From Octopus sinensis (Eukaryota): a stretch of DNA of 64,000 nt. Both the position numbers and the translations under genes were made by a program. Shown in pieces: positions 12,101 through 27,000 of the stretch. Location: positions 190,960,001 through 191,024,000 of the forward strand of contig NC_042997.1 of NCBI RefSeq assembly GCF_006345805.1. Direction: 5' to 3'. The notes below the pieces were generated by a model. The model had not been told where the DNA came from and ran no database searches. It worked only from the letters and a program-made list of their open reading frames with translations. Every line of letters starts with the position of its first letter. Position 1 is the stretch's first letter.

Positions 12101-15100
12101 TAACTGGTACTTTATTTATCGACCCCGAAAGGATGAAAGGCAAAGTCGACCTCGGTGGAATTTGAACTCAGAATGTAACAGCAGGCGAAATACCACTAAG
12201 CATTTCACCCGGCGTTCTAACGTTTCTGCCAGCTCGCTGTCTTTTGGCATTTAATCCTTTAGCATTCAGCTTATTATAATGTTTATTTATTCACATTTTG
12301 AATTAACTGTGCGTTATCCCACAGCTTTGAGATTTCAACAATGTGGTTGTTTATTTTTAGAATGACATTGTGGGTTGGTTTCAGAGGCTATATGTGGTCA
12401 GTTTGAACATAAAACAGGTAGAATATGATGAGCTTAAATACTAAACAGGTCAGATATGACCAGCTTAAATACTAAAGATAAAAATTTTTTTTAAATTCGA
12501 GCGAGGTCGTTACCAGTGCCGCTGGATTGGCTCCTGTGCAGGTGGTACGTAAAAAACACCATTTGAGCGTGGCCGTTGCCAGTACCGCCTGACTGGCCCT
12601 CATGCCGGTGGCACATAAAAGCATCTGCTACACTCTTGGAGTGGTTGGCGTTAGGAAGGGCATCCAGCTGTAGAAACTCTGCCAGATCAGATTGGAGCCT
12701 GGTGCAGTCATCTGGTTCGCCAGTCCTCAGTCAAATCGTCCAACCCATGCCAGCATGGAAAGCAGACCTTAAACAATGATGATGATGATGATTAAGTATG
12801 ATGCTTTAAGTTAAAAGTAAGTTCTGTATTTACTCAAGAATAATACAATCTCAAATATAATGGCAGCACTCACTTTATGTACCTAAAAATCAGTATTATA
12901 TTTGATCCTTTTGAGGTTTTTTGCTTACATTCAAGAAATTAGTGCCCCTTCTCCCTGATGTTTTGTGTTAAAAATCTTGCATTATACACAAGTAAATACA
13001 GTAGTCTGTTAGCATTTATGAAAAACAATATCAATGAAAACCACCACACATCAAATTGCCACTCCAGAAGAGTGGATTGGTCAAATCGTTAGAGCTTTCA
13101 ACAAGATGTGGTATCTATTCCAACCCTTTGCATTCTGCCAATAACACCTGTAATGACACTGGTTCCAAGTTGTGGCAGACCTCAAATCTCACCCTTTGGA
13201 CAACATTGGTGACTTGGAGAAGGTAGACTTGCATTCATGGGCAACTACCTGTTCTCTACAAAGAAATACTTGTCCAGGTTTGTATACACAAATGCAGATT
13301 GTCAACCTTGATTGATGGAGGTCCCCTTTCACATCAAAATGTCTAATAGTTAATCTAAAATAATAATAAGTGCACCCTTTTAAAGCCTAGCCAGGCTTAT
13401 GGGCTCGGTTTCCCGGTTTCTATGGTGTATGTGTTCCCCAGCTGGACGGGACGCCAGTCCATCGCAGCGTTACTCATTTTTACCAGCTGAGTGGACTGGA
13501 GCAATGTGAAATGAAGTGTTTTGCTCAAGAACACAACGCATCGCCCGGTCCAGTAATCGAACCCACAATCTTACAATTATGGTGCTGACTCCCTAACCAC
13601 TAAGCCGCGTGCCTCCACAATAGTTTATCTACTTTTATGTAATACTGCCTGGCATTGAGAGTTCACAGCTCTGATACTATGACATGGGATTAAAATGTCA
13701 CAGGAAAGAATCACAAGACTGATTCTTCAAGCTGAACCAAGTGGCAGGAGATCTAGAGATAGGCCAAGAATATGATGATTGCATAATATCCATAATCTCA
13801 GTTCATCATTCTTGGAAATCCAGGCAAAAAATGTTGATGGTTGATAGGACCCTACAAAGGACGTACCTGAGAACTCTACCCCCCACAACTCTCCCAGGAA
13901 TTGTGGGCTAAAAAGATAAAAGGCAATGAAATGGAAGTAAAAAGCACCCACTACACTCACGGAGTGGTTGGCGTTAGGAAGGGCATCCAGCTGTAGAAAC
14001 ACTGCCAGATCAGACTGGAGCCTGGTGCAGCCTCCTGGCTTCCCAGAACCTGGTCGAACTGTCCAACCCATGCTAGCACGGAAAACAGACGTTAAACAAT
14101 GATGATGATGATACTTTATATAACTAAAATGTTCTCTCATAGAATGCTTGTTGCAAGTAATATAGAATAGAGATATTCTTGTAAACCAAGCGTTTGACTT
14201 GGTTTCTAATTTTAGAAATTTCCACATAGTTGAAGTTTGGTACCTATCATCATGCAATGTCTATAATCCATGCTGGCATAGGTTGGACAGTTTGACAGGA
14301 TCTGACAGGTCACAGGACTGTGTTGATGTTCAAAGTCTGTTATGGCATGGTTTCTATTCTTAGATGCCCTTCCTCAGAGTGTACTGAGTGCTTTTCCATG
14401 TCACCTGCACTAGTCTTGATTGACAAAACTCAATCATGGGAACTTGTCTTGCAAGCTCACCAAGTAGCTTGCAAGACCCCTTCATTGAATGAGATGCGAA
14501 AATATGATAGAGGGATAGGATCAGGTGTCTTGCAGTGGAGGAGATACATAGCTACCCCAGTTGGAAAACGAGAAAAAATACTGGTGATGAGGTCAAAGTA
14601 CAAGAGGGAACCCACGTAAAAAAATATTTCATATAGTTTATAGGCGTAGGAGTGGCTGTGTGGTAAGTAGCTTGCTTACAAACCACATGGTTCCAGGCTC
14701 AGTCCCACTGTGTGGAACCTTGGGCAAGTGTCTTCTACTATGGCCTCAGGACAACCAAAGCCTTGTGAGTAGATTTGGTAGACGGAAACTGAAAGAAGCC
14801 TGTTCTGTATATATGTATATATACATATGTATGTGTGTGTTTGTCCCCCACAACATCACTTGACAACCAATGCTGGTGTGTTTACGTCCCCGTAACTTAG
14901 CGGTTCGGTAAAAGAGACCAATAGAATAAGTACTAGGCTTACAAAGAATACGTTTTTGGAATCGATTTGCTCGACTAAAGGCGGTGCTCCAGCTTGGCCA
15001 CAGTCAAATGACTGAAGCGAGTAAAAGAGTATAGTTATATATTTTGCATGCACAAGGTCCATTGTCATCATCATCATCAGTTTATACGCAATTTTCCATG

Positions 15101-18100
15101 CTAATACCTGTGGGATGGGTCTTCTCCAGCACAGTATTTTTGTCACTTTGTCATCTGCTTTGTTAGGTTTATCCTTTTGAGATGGCCTTCCCTCATTCTT
15201 CCATCATCTTCTTCCGCCTTTCTCTACCACAGGCACATTCCATTTGAATTGTCTGTCACTTCTTTATTCAACTTTTGCCCTTCATATGTACCACATGTTC
15301 ATACAACCCAGTTTCCTTTCTTGTACACTACATCTGATTTTTCTTATACTCAATTCATCTCTCATTTGTATTCTGCTTTTCATACACACAAAGATTACGC
15401 TTCTAGCAGAGCATGCTTGCTTCACTTCTTTCCAACCTTTTATTCACCCTCTGCATTCGCTGTTCATGTTTTGCTACCCTACAGCATAGCACCTCATCTA
15501 CAAAACCCTATACACTCTACCTTTCACTTAAAGACAAATCTTGTTACTAGTAGAGGTAATAGCTCCCTGAACATTTTCCCACACCTTTCTTACTCTGGCT
15601 GACATGCTTTAAGAATAACCTCTTCCTCTGATAATTAGGTTACCTAATAAAGAAGCTGTCAACTTCTGAGCATTTGAAAGAATTTACTCCACGGGAGCTC
15701 TTACTGCCAACTATGATATACCAAGTCCTTATTCACTTTCAGTCTGCCTCTGGTCCTGGTGCACTTCTTGTGCTACCATACTTTACATTTGGTACTCAGA
15801 GATTTTCTACCTATTTCTGTTCTGCATATTGTATATGGCCACCACACTGATGACAGCAGGATCCTTTCCTCTTCCTTGCAAATGAAAACTTATGTCTTTT
15901 CTAAACTTACTTTGAGGCTGCTGAAGTCTATGCTCTACTTTCATATTTGAAATTTCTTCTCTAATTCTCTGACATGTTCAGCTATCAAAATTTAGGTCAT
16001 CAGTATACAGAAGACTGCAGGAACAGCTGGTCTTAAACCCTTATGTTGTGGCTTAGAAAACTATAAATAGACGGGGGCATGTAAACCGAGCCCTGATAGA
16101 TACTTACTTGTATGCTAAATTCCTCATTCAATGCATTGCTGACTTCCTCATGCTAATGTTTTGGTTTTTCTGATGGGCACACATCCCCGTACATTGCTTT
16201 CCTGTCTTTCACAAGTCATTCATTTACTTATGATTTTCTTCAAAGGCTACTGAGTTCAATACCCAGTCAAAGGTACAGTGGCTTACTCTTAGCAAAAAAC
16301 TTTGCCTGTAGTTGTCTCACTAAGAAGAAAGGATTAGTGGTACCCCACCCATCTACAAATCTGAACTGCATCTCATCTAAGCTAATTCCATTTTTAATCT
16401 GTTGTGCTGCAACTTTTTATCCTTTTTTTTATATATATAATCTGATCCATTAACTTCAAAACTGTATAGTTGCTTTTTTGTAGAGTAGATCCTTTTGGCT
16501 TTATTGAAGTTGTTGATGATACCATTACACCAGTCATTCACTATGCCACTTCCCTGATTAATGAATGTATCTTACTTCACCAGATATTTTTATCACTATC
16601 CTAGATAGTCCAGCTGCTCTTCTTGCATTTATATTTTTAGTCATGTTTTCAACCTATCAACTTTAATAGCTACTTCCTTCTGTTGGATCTACTTGGAGTA
16701 GACTCTATTCCTCTCACATATTCCTCTCATTCAGCAACCTCTTATTACATTTTCATACCTGTTTATCAGCTTCAGTTACGGCATGTGCACCACTATCATT
16801 GTATACCTACTTCCCACTAAAAACCGCTTAATTCATAGTAACACGTTGCTTTGCAACTGTGAATGACCCGTGTTTATTTTCCTTCCATCACAGAATATTG
16901 GGAAACTTCTTACTTTCATTTTCTCTCCTTGCTAAATATATATGTTTCTTTATTAACCACAAGGAGCTAAACATAGGGGGGACAAACAAGGACAGACAAA
17001 CGAATTAAGTCGATTACATCGACTCCAATGCGTAACTAGTACTTAATTTATCGACCCCGAAAGGATGAAAGGCAAAGTCGACCTTGGCAGAATTTGAACT
17101 CAGAACGTAATGGCAGACGAAATATGGCTACGCATTTCGCCCGGCGTGCTAACCGTTCTGCCAGCTTGCCACCCTACTCCTTGCTAAATATATTTAATGT
17201 CTACTCTTTTAATTATTTAGTATGGTTCCCTCTTTTTCCTCACCTTTCTTCTAGTTTTTCGGGTCTATCTTTTAGATTTTATGGCTCTATCAATTGACCG
17301 TTCCACCATCATGTCAACTTTCATTTTGGCTTGAACTTTGTTCCATCCACAGACCTAGCCTGAGACCCCAACAGGTTTTCTTAGAGAAACTTCCAGTTGT
17401 CCTCTATTAGATTAATCTCTGTATCTACCTCTTCATTGTTTGTCAACTAGTATTTTTTTTAACTTGCATTTAATAGAGGGATTTGGGGGAAACTTCCATA
17501 CCTTTCTTCTCTAGATTCTCTTACCTCTTTGAAATGCATGTAGTTCTTATCCCAAGGTCATTTATTTAGTAATTACAACCAATTGCCTATCCATTTCCTG
17601 GTATGCATGAAGTCTTTGGCTTTGCTTGTTTGGTAGATAATAAGGTAGCTTGCCTGTTCCCAGGAGTTAGTGCTATAAATGTTTAGGTCATTTGCATCGC
17701 TGATAACCAAGAGACTTAATCCCTCTTCATTCTTAATGTCTCAAAGCTCAATTTGATTAGAAATATTTAAATAAATATTTGATCAGAGGAAAATAAAAAC
17801 TAAGCCTGATAGCTCTCACAATGGAAATTAGTTAACAAGGATGTAATACCAAAAATATGACATCAGAATTGGATAAGCTGGAATGATATTTTTTATTTAC
17901 TTATCACTAATGAATATTTTTAGAGACGGTTTGCTGCAATGAGAGACAACTCTCACATTTGTCTCAATATTTCCACTGAAAAAATTCCCAAATAAAATGT
18001 GATGGATAATGTGGATTTCTGAAATGTTAGAGGTTACTATGTTGAGGCCTCTTGCAAACTTCTCCAGTATTGAATTCTAGCTACCTTGTTATCACAAATG

Positions 18101-18634
18101 ATGATTTTATCCCTCCTCATTCCTAACAGCTTCCGTTATACTGGAGTAGCCATCATGTTACCCAACATGGTTGTCATCATTTGTGGTAACAAGGCTGCTA
18201 GAATTCAATACTGGAGAAGTTTGCAAGAGGCCTCAACATAGTAACCTCTAACATTTCAGAAACCTACATTATCCTTCACATTTTATTTGGGAATTTTTTC
18301 AGTGGACACATTGAGACAAATGTGAGAGTCATCTCTCATTGCAGCAAACCATCTCTAAAAATATACATTAGTGATAAGTAAATAAAAAATAATATTATCA
18401 TTCCAGCTTATCCAATTCTGATGTCATATTTTTGGTATTACATCATTGTTAACTAATTTCCATTGTGAGAGCTATCAGGCTTAGTCTTTATATTCCTCTG
18501 ATCAAATATTTATTTAAATATTTCCAATCAAATTGAGCTTTGAGGCTACATATTGATAAATAGAATGATATTTTTATATATATACATAGATATAAACATG
18601 TAAATATAATGTAGGTAGTTAGGGAAAATCCCAG

Positions 18635-18682
<48 letters not shown>

Positions 18683-20324
18683 TGACAACCAGCCAAAGGA
18701 ACCTACTGTTCATATCTTGTAACCGGCTCTGCTGTTCGTTATATCTAACCAAATCACTTAATTACTCTCAGTGCCTCAATCTGCCTAGTTGTAAATAGAA
18801 GTAAGAAACCACAGCGTTGTAGAATTGATAAATTTCACTCAGCTGATACTGAATTATGTCCTGCCAATATTTTCAAGAGGTTCGTGTTCTGTCAGGTTAT
18901 GTTCATCATCATCATCATCATCATCGTCGTTTAAATCTGCCTCAGTAAATTCCATCCATCTCATGCAAGCATGGAAAAGTGGACATTCAAACAATGATGA
19001 TTATGGTGGCTTATAAATATTTTTAAAGTAACAAAGGGAATTTTCCTTAAATACCAAAAACTTTTTAATTTAATTTCTCACTTCTTTTTCTCATTTCATT
19101 TATTTTGTTTTATATTTATTTTAATTTCAATCAAATTTTAAAGACAACCAAACCTACACTATCTTAGATTATAACTTTTAATGTTATATTGATTACATTT
19201 GAAACTTTGCGGCCACAACAGACTTTTTTCTAATTCAAACTACTACTTTCTTTTACTTGTTTCAGTCATTTGACTGTGGTCATGCTGGAGCACCACCTTT
19301 AGTCGAGCAAATCGACCCCAGGGCTTATTCTTTGTAAGCCCAGTACTTATTCTAATCGGTCTCTTTTGCCGAACTGCTAAGTTACTGGGACGTAAACACA
19401 CCAGCATCGGTTGTCAAGCGATGTTGGTGGGACAAAACATACACACACAAACACACATACTTATATACGACGGGCTTCTTTCAGTTTCTTTCTACCAAAT
19501 CCACTCACAAGGCTTTGGTCAGCTCAAGGCTATAGTAGAAGACATTTGCCCAAGGTGCCACGCAGTGAGACTGAACCTGGAACCATGTGGTTGGTAAGCA
19601 AGCTACTTACCACACAGCCACTCTTACACCTACATTAATATTTTGCTGTAAACTCTATGGATAACATAGTAACTTAACAGCTTTTATTTGGCTCCATTGC
19701 TTGCCAAAGTTCTAATAAACAATCCAGTGTTAGAAATACATTTTTTAAACAATTTTTAATGATATAGTTGTATGAATATTTTACTATTTTAGTTCTAAAA
19801 TTACAGGTCAGGAAAAGTACATGCAGTGTTCAAATATTTGTTTATTTTATATCTGTATCTTTTCACATCTTCTTCTCTCTCTTTCTCTCTCTCTCTCTCT
19901 CTTCTTTCTCTCTCTCTCCCTCCTTCTCTTTCTCTCTCTCTTTCTTTCTCATGTATATCTTTTCACATCCTCTTCTCTCTTTCTCTCTCTCTTTTTCTCT
20001 CGTATGTCTTTTCACATCCTCTTCTTTCTTTCTCTCTCTCTCTCTTTCTTTCTCTCCTCTCTCTTTCTTTCTTTCTCTCTCTCTTTCTTTCTCTCTTTCT
20101 TTCTCTCTCTTTCGCTCTCTCTCTCTCTCTTTTTCTCTCTTTCTCACTCTTTCTCTCTCTCTTTCTCACTCTTTCTTTCTCTCTCGTGTGCATCTTTTCA
20201 CATCTTCTTCTCTCTTTCTCTCTCTCTTTCTCTTTCTCTCTCTCTTTCTTTTTCTCTCTCTCTTTCTCTTTCTCTCTCTCTTTCCTTTTCTCTCTCTCTC
20301 TCTTTCTCTCTCATGTGCATCTTT

Positions 20325-20362
<38 letters not shown>

Positions 20363-21032
20363 TATATCTTTACACATGCCTCTCTAAATCTCTCGACACT
20401 ACCCTCTCTCTACACCTTCACTCTCTATCTCTTCATACCCTCCTCTCTCTAGCTTTTTACAACTCCTTTCCCTGTATTCCCCCTTCTCTTTTTTTAACCC
20501 ACTCTCCCATTCCTCTTCCTCTCCCTTCACAACTTCTCTTTCTTTTATCTTCCTTCATCTGTCTGAGCTGTACATTTCCAAAATCTTTTGCAGTCTACAA
20601 CTTCTGAGGCTAATCTTATGAGAAAACCTGATCTGCCCCAAAAACCAAGCCCTGTCTCTTCCAGTCTTCCACAGAGTCAGCCCAAGATTACTAATGATAT
20701 TCCTCTTGCTTCATCCGTCTACTCACAAGGTAAATATGCAAGCTTCTGTTCAATCTTGATAACAACCACCAGTTACTAACCTTCAAAATCAACATTGTTG
20801 AACTGATGGGCTGGGTTGAGCTAGTATTTACTCTTTTACTTGTTTCAGTCATTTGACTGCGGCCATGCTGGAGCACCACCTTTAATCGAGCAACTCGACA
20901 CCGGGACTTATTCTTTGTACACCTAGTACTTATTCTATCGGTCTCTTTTGCCGAACCGCTAAGTGACGGGGACATAAACACACCAGCATCGGTTGTCAAT
21001 CAATGCTAGGGGGAAAGACACACCAATACACT

Positions 21033-21097
<65 letters not shown>

Positions 21098-24000
21098 GAC
21101 GGGCTTCTTTCAGTTTCCGTCTACCAAATCCACTCACAAGGCTTTGGTCGGCCCGAGGCTATAGTAGAAGACACTTGCCCAAGGTGTCACGCAGTGGGAC
21201 TGAACCCGGAACCATGTGGTTGGTAAACAAGCTACTTACCACACAGCCACTCCATCCATGATCACTTCAAATGGTTGCATGGCATTGTAAGGTACTCCTT
21301 TGGGATGTTGCTTCAGAGAGGGAAGTGCTTAGGTGAGTAACAAAAGTGAGGATCATGAAGTTAGGTTATTCAAGCGAGAAGTGGTGGTAACAGCAATGGC
21401 AGTACTTATAGTGGTGGCAGTGGTTGGAGGGTTTCAGTGAGAGGGAGTGCTTGTGTGAAGTGCTTTGAAATAGAAGAGAAATCTCTCTACACATAGCTAG
21501 CTTGAACTGGACCTATCCCATATTAAATGTTTCCTCTGGTTTCAATAGTAGTGTTTAGTATAAAAGTATTTCAGACAGATCTTTTGGATAAGAATGTAAG
21601 TCTGTTACATGTTGACTACTATTTGTAATTTTACTGGGTTAAATGTCTGTATTAATAACACTTTGTGTCATGTTTGCATGAGTTCATAGTAACATATATT
21701 TAAATCAAGGTTTGAAAAATCATCTGGAAACTGCCTGACAAGAATTAAATTCATTATCTTTAAATCTTAACCAACACACACCAGTAAGCTACTAACAGGT
21801 TTTACGCTCTAAAATATCTTTTACAAGGTAAAACTTGTGCTCTCTTTACTCTTTTACTTTTTTACTTGTTTCAGTCATTTGACTGTGGCCATGCTGGAGC
21901 ACCGCCTTTAGTCGAGCAAATCGACCCCAGGATTTATTCTTTGTAAGCCTGGTACTTATTGTATTGGTCTCTTTTGCCAAACCGCTAAGTTACGGTTGTC
22001 AAGCGATGTTGGGAGACAAACACAGACAGTCAAACATATACACACACATGCATATATATATATACATATATACGACGGGCTTCTTTCAGTTTCCATCTAC
22101 CAAATCCACTCACAAGGCTTTGGTTGGCCCGAGGCTATAGTAGAAGACACTTGCCCAAGGTGCCACGCAGTGGGACACACTTGTTTCATATATCACTCAA
22201 ATTTATGTTTTAACCAAGAGGAAACAAATGTAGCAGATAAATCATTCCAAATTACTATAAGAACTCTAACTTGTTGAGACATCTTTTTAAACATCCATCT
22301 TTTTATGACCTTTTCAGCTGCATCTCACCAAATGGCTGTTTACCAAAATCCACTCGCTCATCAACAGCCGCAACCACAGTTACCTATGGCAACAGGAATG
22401 TACCAACAGGTTGTTTAACAATTTTTATAAACTTTGGTTTTGAAGAAAGGAGTACCATAAATCCTCGAGTATAATCCGCATTTTTTCCCCAAAATTTAAA
22501 GGTCAAAATCCCTAGTGCATACTATATATGAGGTTAAAAATGAAAAATATTTTCTAAGCAATGTCCGGGTCTCTATTTGTTTATTCAGGCGCATTTTGTG
22601 ATGTCAGGCACAAAAATACCTTAAGTTAAGCCTGAGAGCAATAAAGTCTTAAAAGAATCATCCAAACACAGACAGTAAGCAACATTTATTAAGATAAAAG
22701 TATTCAGAACACAGAATAACATGTAGCAAAAGCAATTTGCAAACATATTTACATTCCCATATTACAGTTAAGAACATCACCATTATTATATTACGCATGC
22801 GCAGAATAGTTTGTTCAATTAGGTGCTGCTGACTTAATTACGCACGGCTCAAGTTAGAGAAGGGGTGCGTATTGTACGCAAGGTTTAGGTTTTTCAGAAG
22901 TACAGCCCCCTAAAAATCCCCTGCGTATTATACTCAAGGGCGGACTATACTCGAAGATTTACGGTATTTTCCATATTCAGTGTAATCAATCTCTTATCAA
23001 ATTGAAACTTTTTTTTTTATATTTTACTTGTTTCAGTCATTAGACTGCAGCCATACTGGTGCACTGCCTTGAAGAATTTTTAGTTAAATGAATCAACCCC
23101 AGTACTTTTTTTCTTTTTTAAGCTTGGTACTTATTCTGTCAGTCTCTTTTGCCAAACTGCTAAGTTACAGAGATGCAAGCAAACCAACATCAGTTGTCAA
23201 GCAGTGGTGGGGGGACAAACACTGACAGTAAGACACATACATACATATATATATATATATGACTGGCTTTTTCCATTTTCCGTCTACCAAATCCACTCAC
23301 AAGGCTTTGGTCAGCCTGAGGCTATAAGTAAAAGGTGCTTGTCCAAAGTGCCATGCAGTGGAACTGAACCCCAAACCACATAGTTGGGAAGCAACCTTCT
23401 TACTATATGGCCATGCTTGTACCTTTTGTTTATATTCTTTTAATGGTTTAGTCAGGGAAGGAAATGTTGCACCCCCAAGAACAGTGGTGGGAGACAGAAG
23501 ATACTATGATTCCTAGGTTGCTGTAGTAGAAAGTAGTATATCAAGATATTGACCCAAAACTATAAGAAAAACACACAGTGTTTACTGCAGTATTGATTCT
23601 GGAACCATACTTATGTCCTTGGCAGTATAAATAAAGAGCTTGAATTGTTAGAAGTTAACTTATTTAAAGGAAGAGGGGTTCACAGTGTACTACACTACAG
23701 AATGAAAGACTACATATAATGTTTGGTATTATACCACCACACCAAAATACAGATGTAAAATTATTCTAATTATTATCAGACACGTGACAGGTTGGTAGAA
23801 TCATTGAGGCATCAGACAAAATGTTCTGCAGCACTTGCTCTGATTCTTTACTTCCTGAGGAGGAATTACAACCATGTTTCGTGATCTGCTACCACAACAG
23901 CTCCTTTAACCTTTGTGGGGTTGATTGGTAGAGTACCAAGATTGGTTGATTGGTTGATACCAAGAGATCTATGGTATCAACTCACCTGCTTACCTCAAAA

Positions 24001-27000
24001 TTACTGGTCATCTGCCTAAATCAGAAATATTTATTATTATCATAACATTATATTAAGGCAGCGAGCTGGCAGAATCGATAGCACACCAGGCAAAATGCTT
24101 ATCAGTAAAGTACCAGTTGAGTACTAGGGTCGATGTAATCAACCATACCCCTCCCCCAAATTTCAGGCCTTGTACCTATAGTAGAAAGGATTATTGTAAC
24201 ACTATAGTGACAGAAACAGCTGGGTATTGCCTTTCAGCATATAAGTCTATTTCTCTAGTTTCTATAAGTTTGATAAATTAAGTACCAAGCATAAGCATAT
24301 ACTCTTTACTTGTTTCAGTCATTTGACTGTGGCCATGCTGGAGCACCACCTTCAGTTAAGCAAATCTTTGTAAGCCTAGTACTTATTCTATCAGTCTCTT
24401 TTGCCGAACTGCTTGCTAAGATACAGAGACGTAAACACACCAGCATCGGTTGTCAAGCATTGTTGGGGAGACAAACACACACACACATATACATATATAT
24501 ACATGTATACAACGGGTTTCTAACAGTTTCCACTCACAAGGCTTTGGTCAGCCCGAGGCTATAGTAGAAGACACTTGCCCAAGGTGCCACGCAATGGGAC
24601 TGAACCCGGAACCATGTGGTTGATAAGCAAGCTACTTACCACACAGCCACTCCTGCGCCTATATACGGGTGGGGGGGGGGGTTATTTCTACTATCTTGTA
24701 CCCACTCCACTACAGATTTGTGGCCTAGTTAGTAAGAGACTACTCTCTTTGGTATTGTAGTGATTCTGAACATTTCACTTTTCTTCCTCGAATTTGATTT
24801 GATTTGTTTTTTTTTGTTTTTTTTTTTTGTAAAATTAACAAAAAAGTTTTATCTAGGTCCAAAGAACCGTGCACCAAATTATATTCAGTGCATATAAAAA
24901 TAAACAGCAGATAAATGAAATACTGAAAGATGAAAAACATAAATTCAATTAAAAAGTAAACACAGGCTGGGCATAATTTTATTTAAATATCATGTGACAA
25001 AAGTTAAATAAAATTGTGCAGATCACTCCACTTAGTTTGTTCACTTTATCAGAATTCACAATGATAATTAAATTTCCATTGACATAAAGTAACAATCTCA
25101 GATGATGAATTAATGGAATTGTCAGAGCCTTAAACTAGATGCTTAGAGCTGTTTGTTACTGCTTTTTGCATTCTAAATTCCTGTGTTGTTGATTTAATCT
25201 GACACCATGGTTAACATCACCACCATGTGGTATTGTCACGGTGTTTTCAGTAGAGTTCATTTTGTAACAAGCATTCATACCAAGTCTCAGTTTTAGGACA
25301 ATTTCCCACCAATACTGGAAGCCCTTGTAAAATAACAGGCTACAGGTACTACCCTTCTCTCCTTGACAAATCAGTGAAAAAAGACACTGTCTATATTATG
25401 GAATCAGACATTAACTCTCCATTGAAAATATATTTACACTCGCGGAGTGGTTGGCGTTAGGAAGGGCATCCAGCTGTAGAAACACTGCCAGATCAGACTG
25501 GAGCCTGGGGCAGTCCCTGGCTCCCCAGACCCTGGTTGAACCGTCCAACCCGCGCTAGCGCAGAAAACGGACGTTAAACGATGATGATGATGATGATGAT
25601 TTTTATTTTAATTATCATCATCATCAACATCGTTTAACGTCCATTTTCCATGCTAGCATGGGTTGGACGGTTCGACCAGGGTCTGGGAAGCCAGGAGGCT
25701 GCACCAGGTTCCAGTCTGGTCTGGCAGTGTTTCTACAGCTGGATGCCCTTCCTAACACCAACCACTCCGTGAGTGTAGTGGGTGCTTTTTACATGCCACC
25801 AGCACAGAAGCCAGTCAAGGTGCCACTAGCACGGAAGCCAAAAAAGTTATGGCTCAGTGGATGGAGCATTGAGCTCACAATCATGAGCTAATGATTTCAA
25901 TTCCCAGACCGGGCTGTGTGTTATGTTCTTGGACAAGACATTCTATTTCACGTTGCTCCAGTTCGCTCAGCTGTAGAAATGAGTTGTGACACCACTGTTG
26001 TCAAACTGTATTGGCCTTTGCCTTTCCTTTGGATAATGTCGGTGACACAGAGAAGGGCATGGGCAGCTGCTGGTTTTCCACAAACAACCTTGCAAGGACT
26101 TGTGCCTCGGAGGGGAACTTTCTAGATGAAATCCCATGGTCATTCATGACCAGAAGGGGTCCTTAACCTTTAGTTTTTTGGGTGATTTTTATGAATAGTT
26201 TATTATAAAGTTTATTGCCTTTCAGCAAAATGATGCTTAAAAAGTGAAAGAGAAGACATAAAAATGTGACACCTGTTTTCATCAATTTCTGGCCCTTTTT
26301 AGCACACACTTAACAGCTTTCTAATTATTGTTATTTTCAGATATAATAATTCAGCAGTTTAACCCTTTAAGCATTTAAACCAGCTATCATCATCATCATC
26401 ATTTAATGTTCGCTTTCCATGCTAGCATGGGTTGGACGATTTGACTGAGGACTGGCGAACCAGATGGCTACACCAGGCTCCAATGTGATCTAGTAGACTT
26501 TCTACAGCTGGATGCCCTTCCTAATGCCAACCACTCCGAGAGTGTAGTGGGTGCTTTTATGTGCCGCCGGCACGAGGGCCAGTCAGGCGGTACTGGCAAC
26601 GGCCACGCTCAAGTGGTGTTTTTTTTTCATTCCACCTGCACAGGAGCCAGTCCAGCGGCACTGGCAAAGACTTCGCTCCAATGTTTTTCACGTGCCAGTA
26701 AGGCGACGCTGGTAACGATCATGTTTGAAAGGTGCTCTTTACGTGCCACCGGCACGGAAGCCAGTCAGCTGCCCTGGCAGCGATCACGCTCGAATGATGA
26801 TCTTAGTGCTCCACTGGCACGGGTGCCAGTCATCGAAATTGCAAATTTGATTTGATCTCAATTTCACTTGCCTCAACAGGTCTATATCTAGCCCAAATAT
26901 CCTACTTGTTTTATGTTCATACTGGCCATATCCAGCCTCTCACACCTACCCCACAATGTCATCCTAAAAATAAACAATGACCACATCAAAATCTCAAAGC

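Noticed and set aside
13727-14257. Many 60-176 aa ORFs containing [12 protein letters not shown] or [17 protein letters not shown]
   Set aside because: Recurrent chance translations of SINE families A and C.
19768-20607. Long overlapping ORFs (279, 208, 188 aa) and reverse-strand ERERK ORFs
   Set aside because: Translations of CT microsatellite that lacks stop codons; only 20594 onward is exon.
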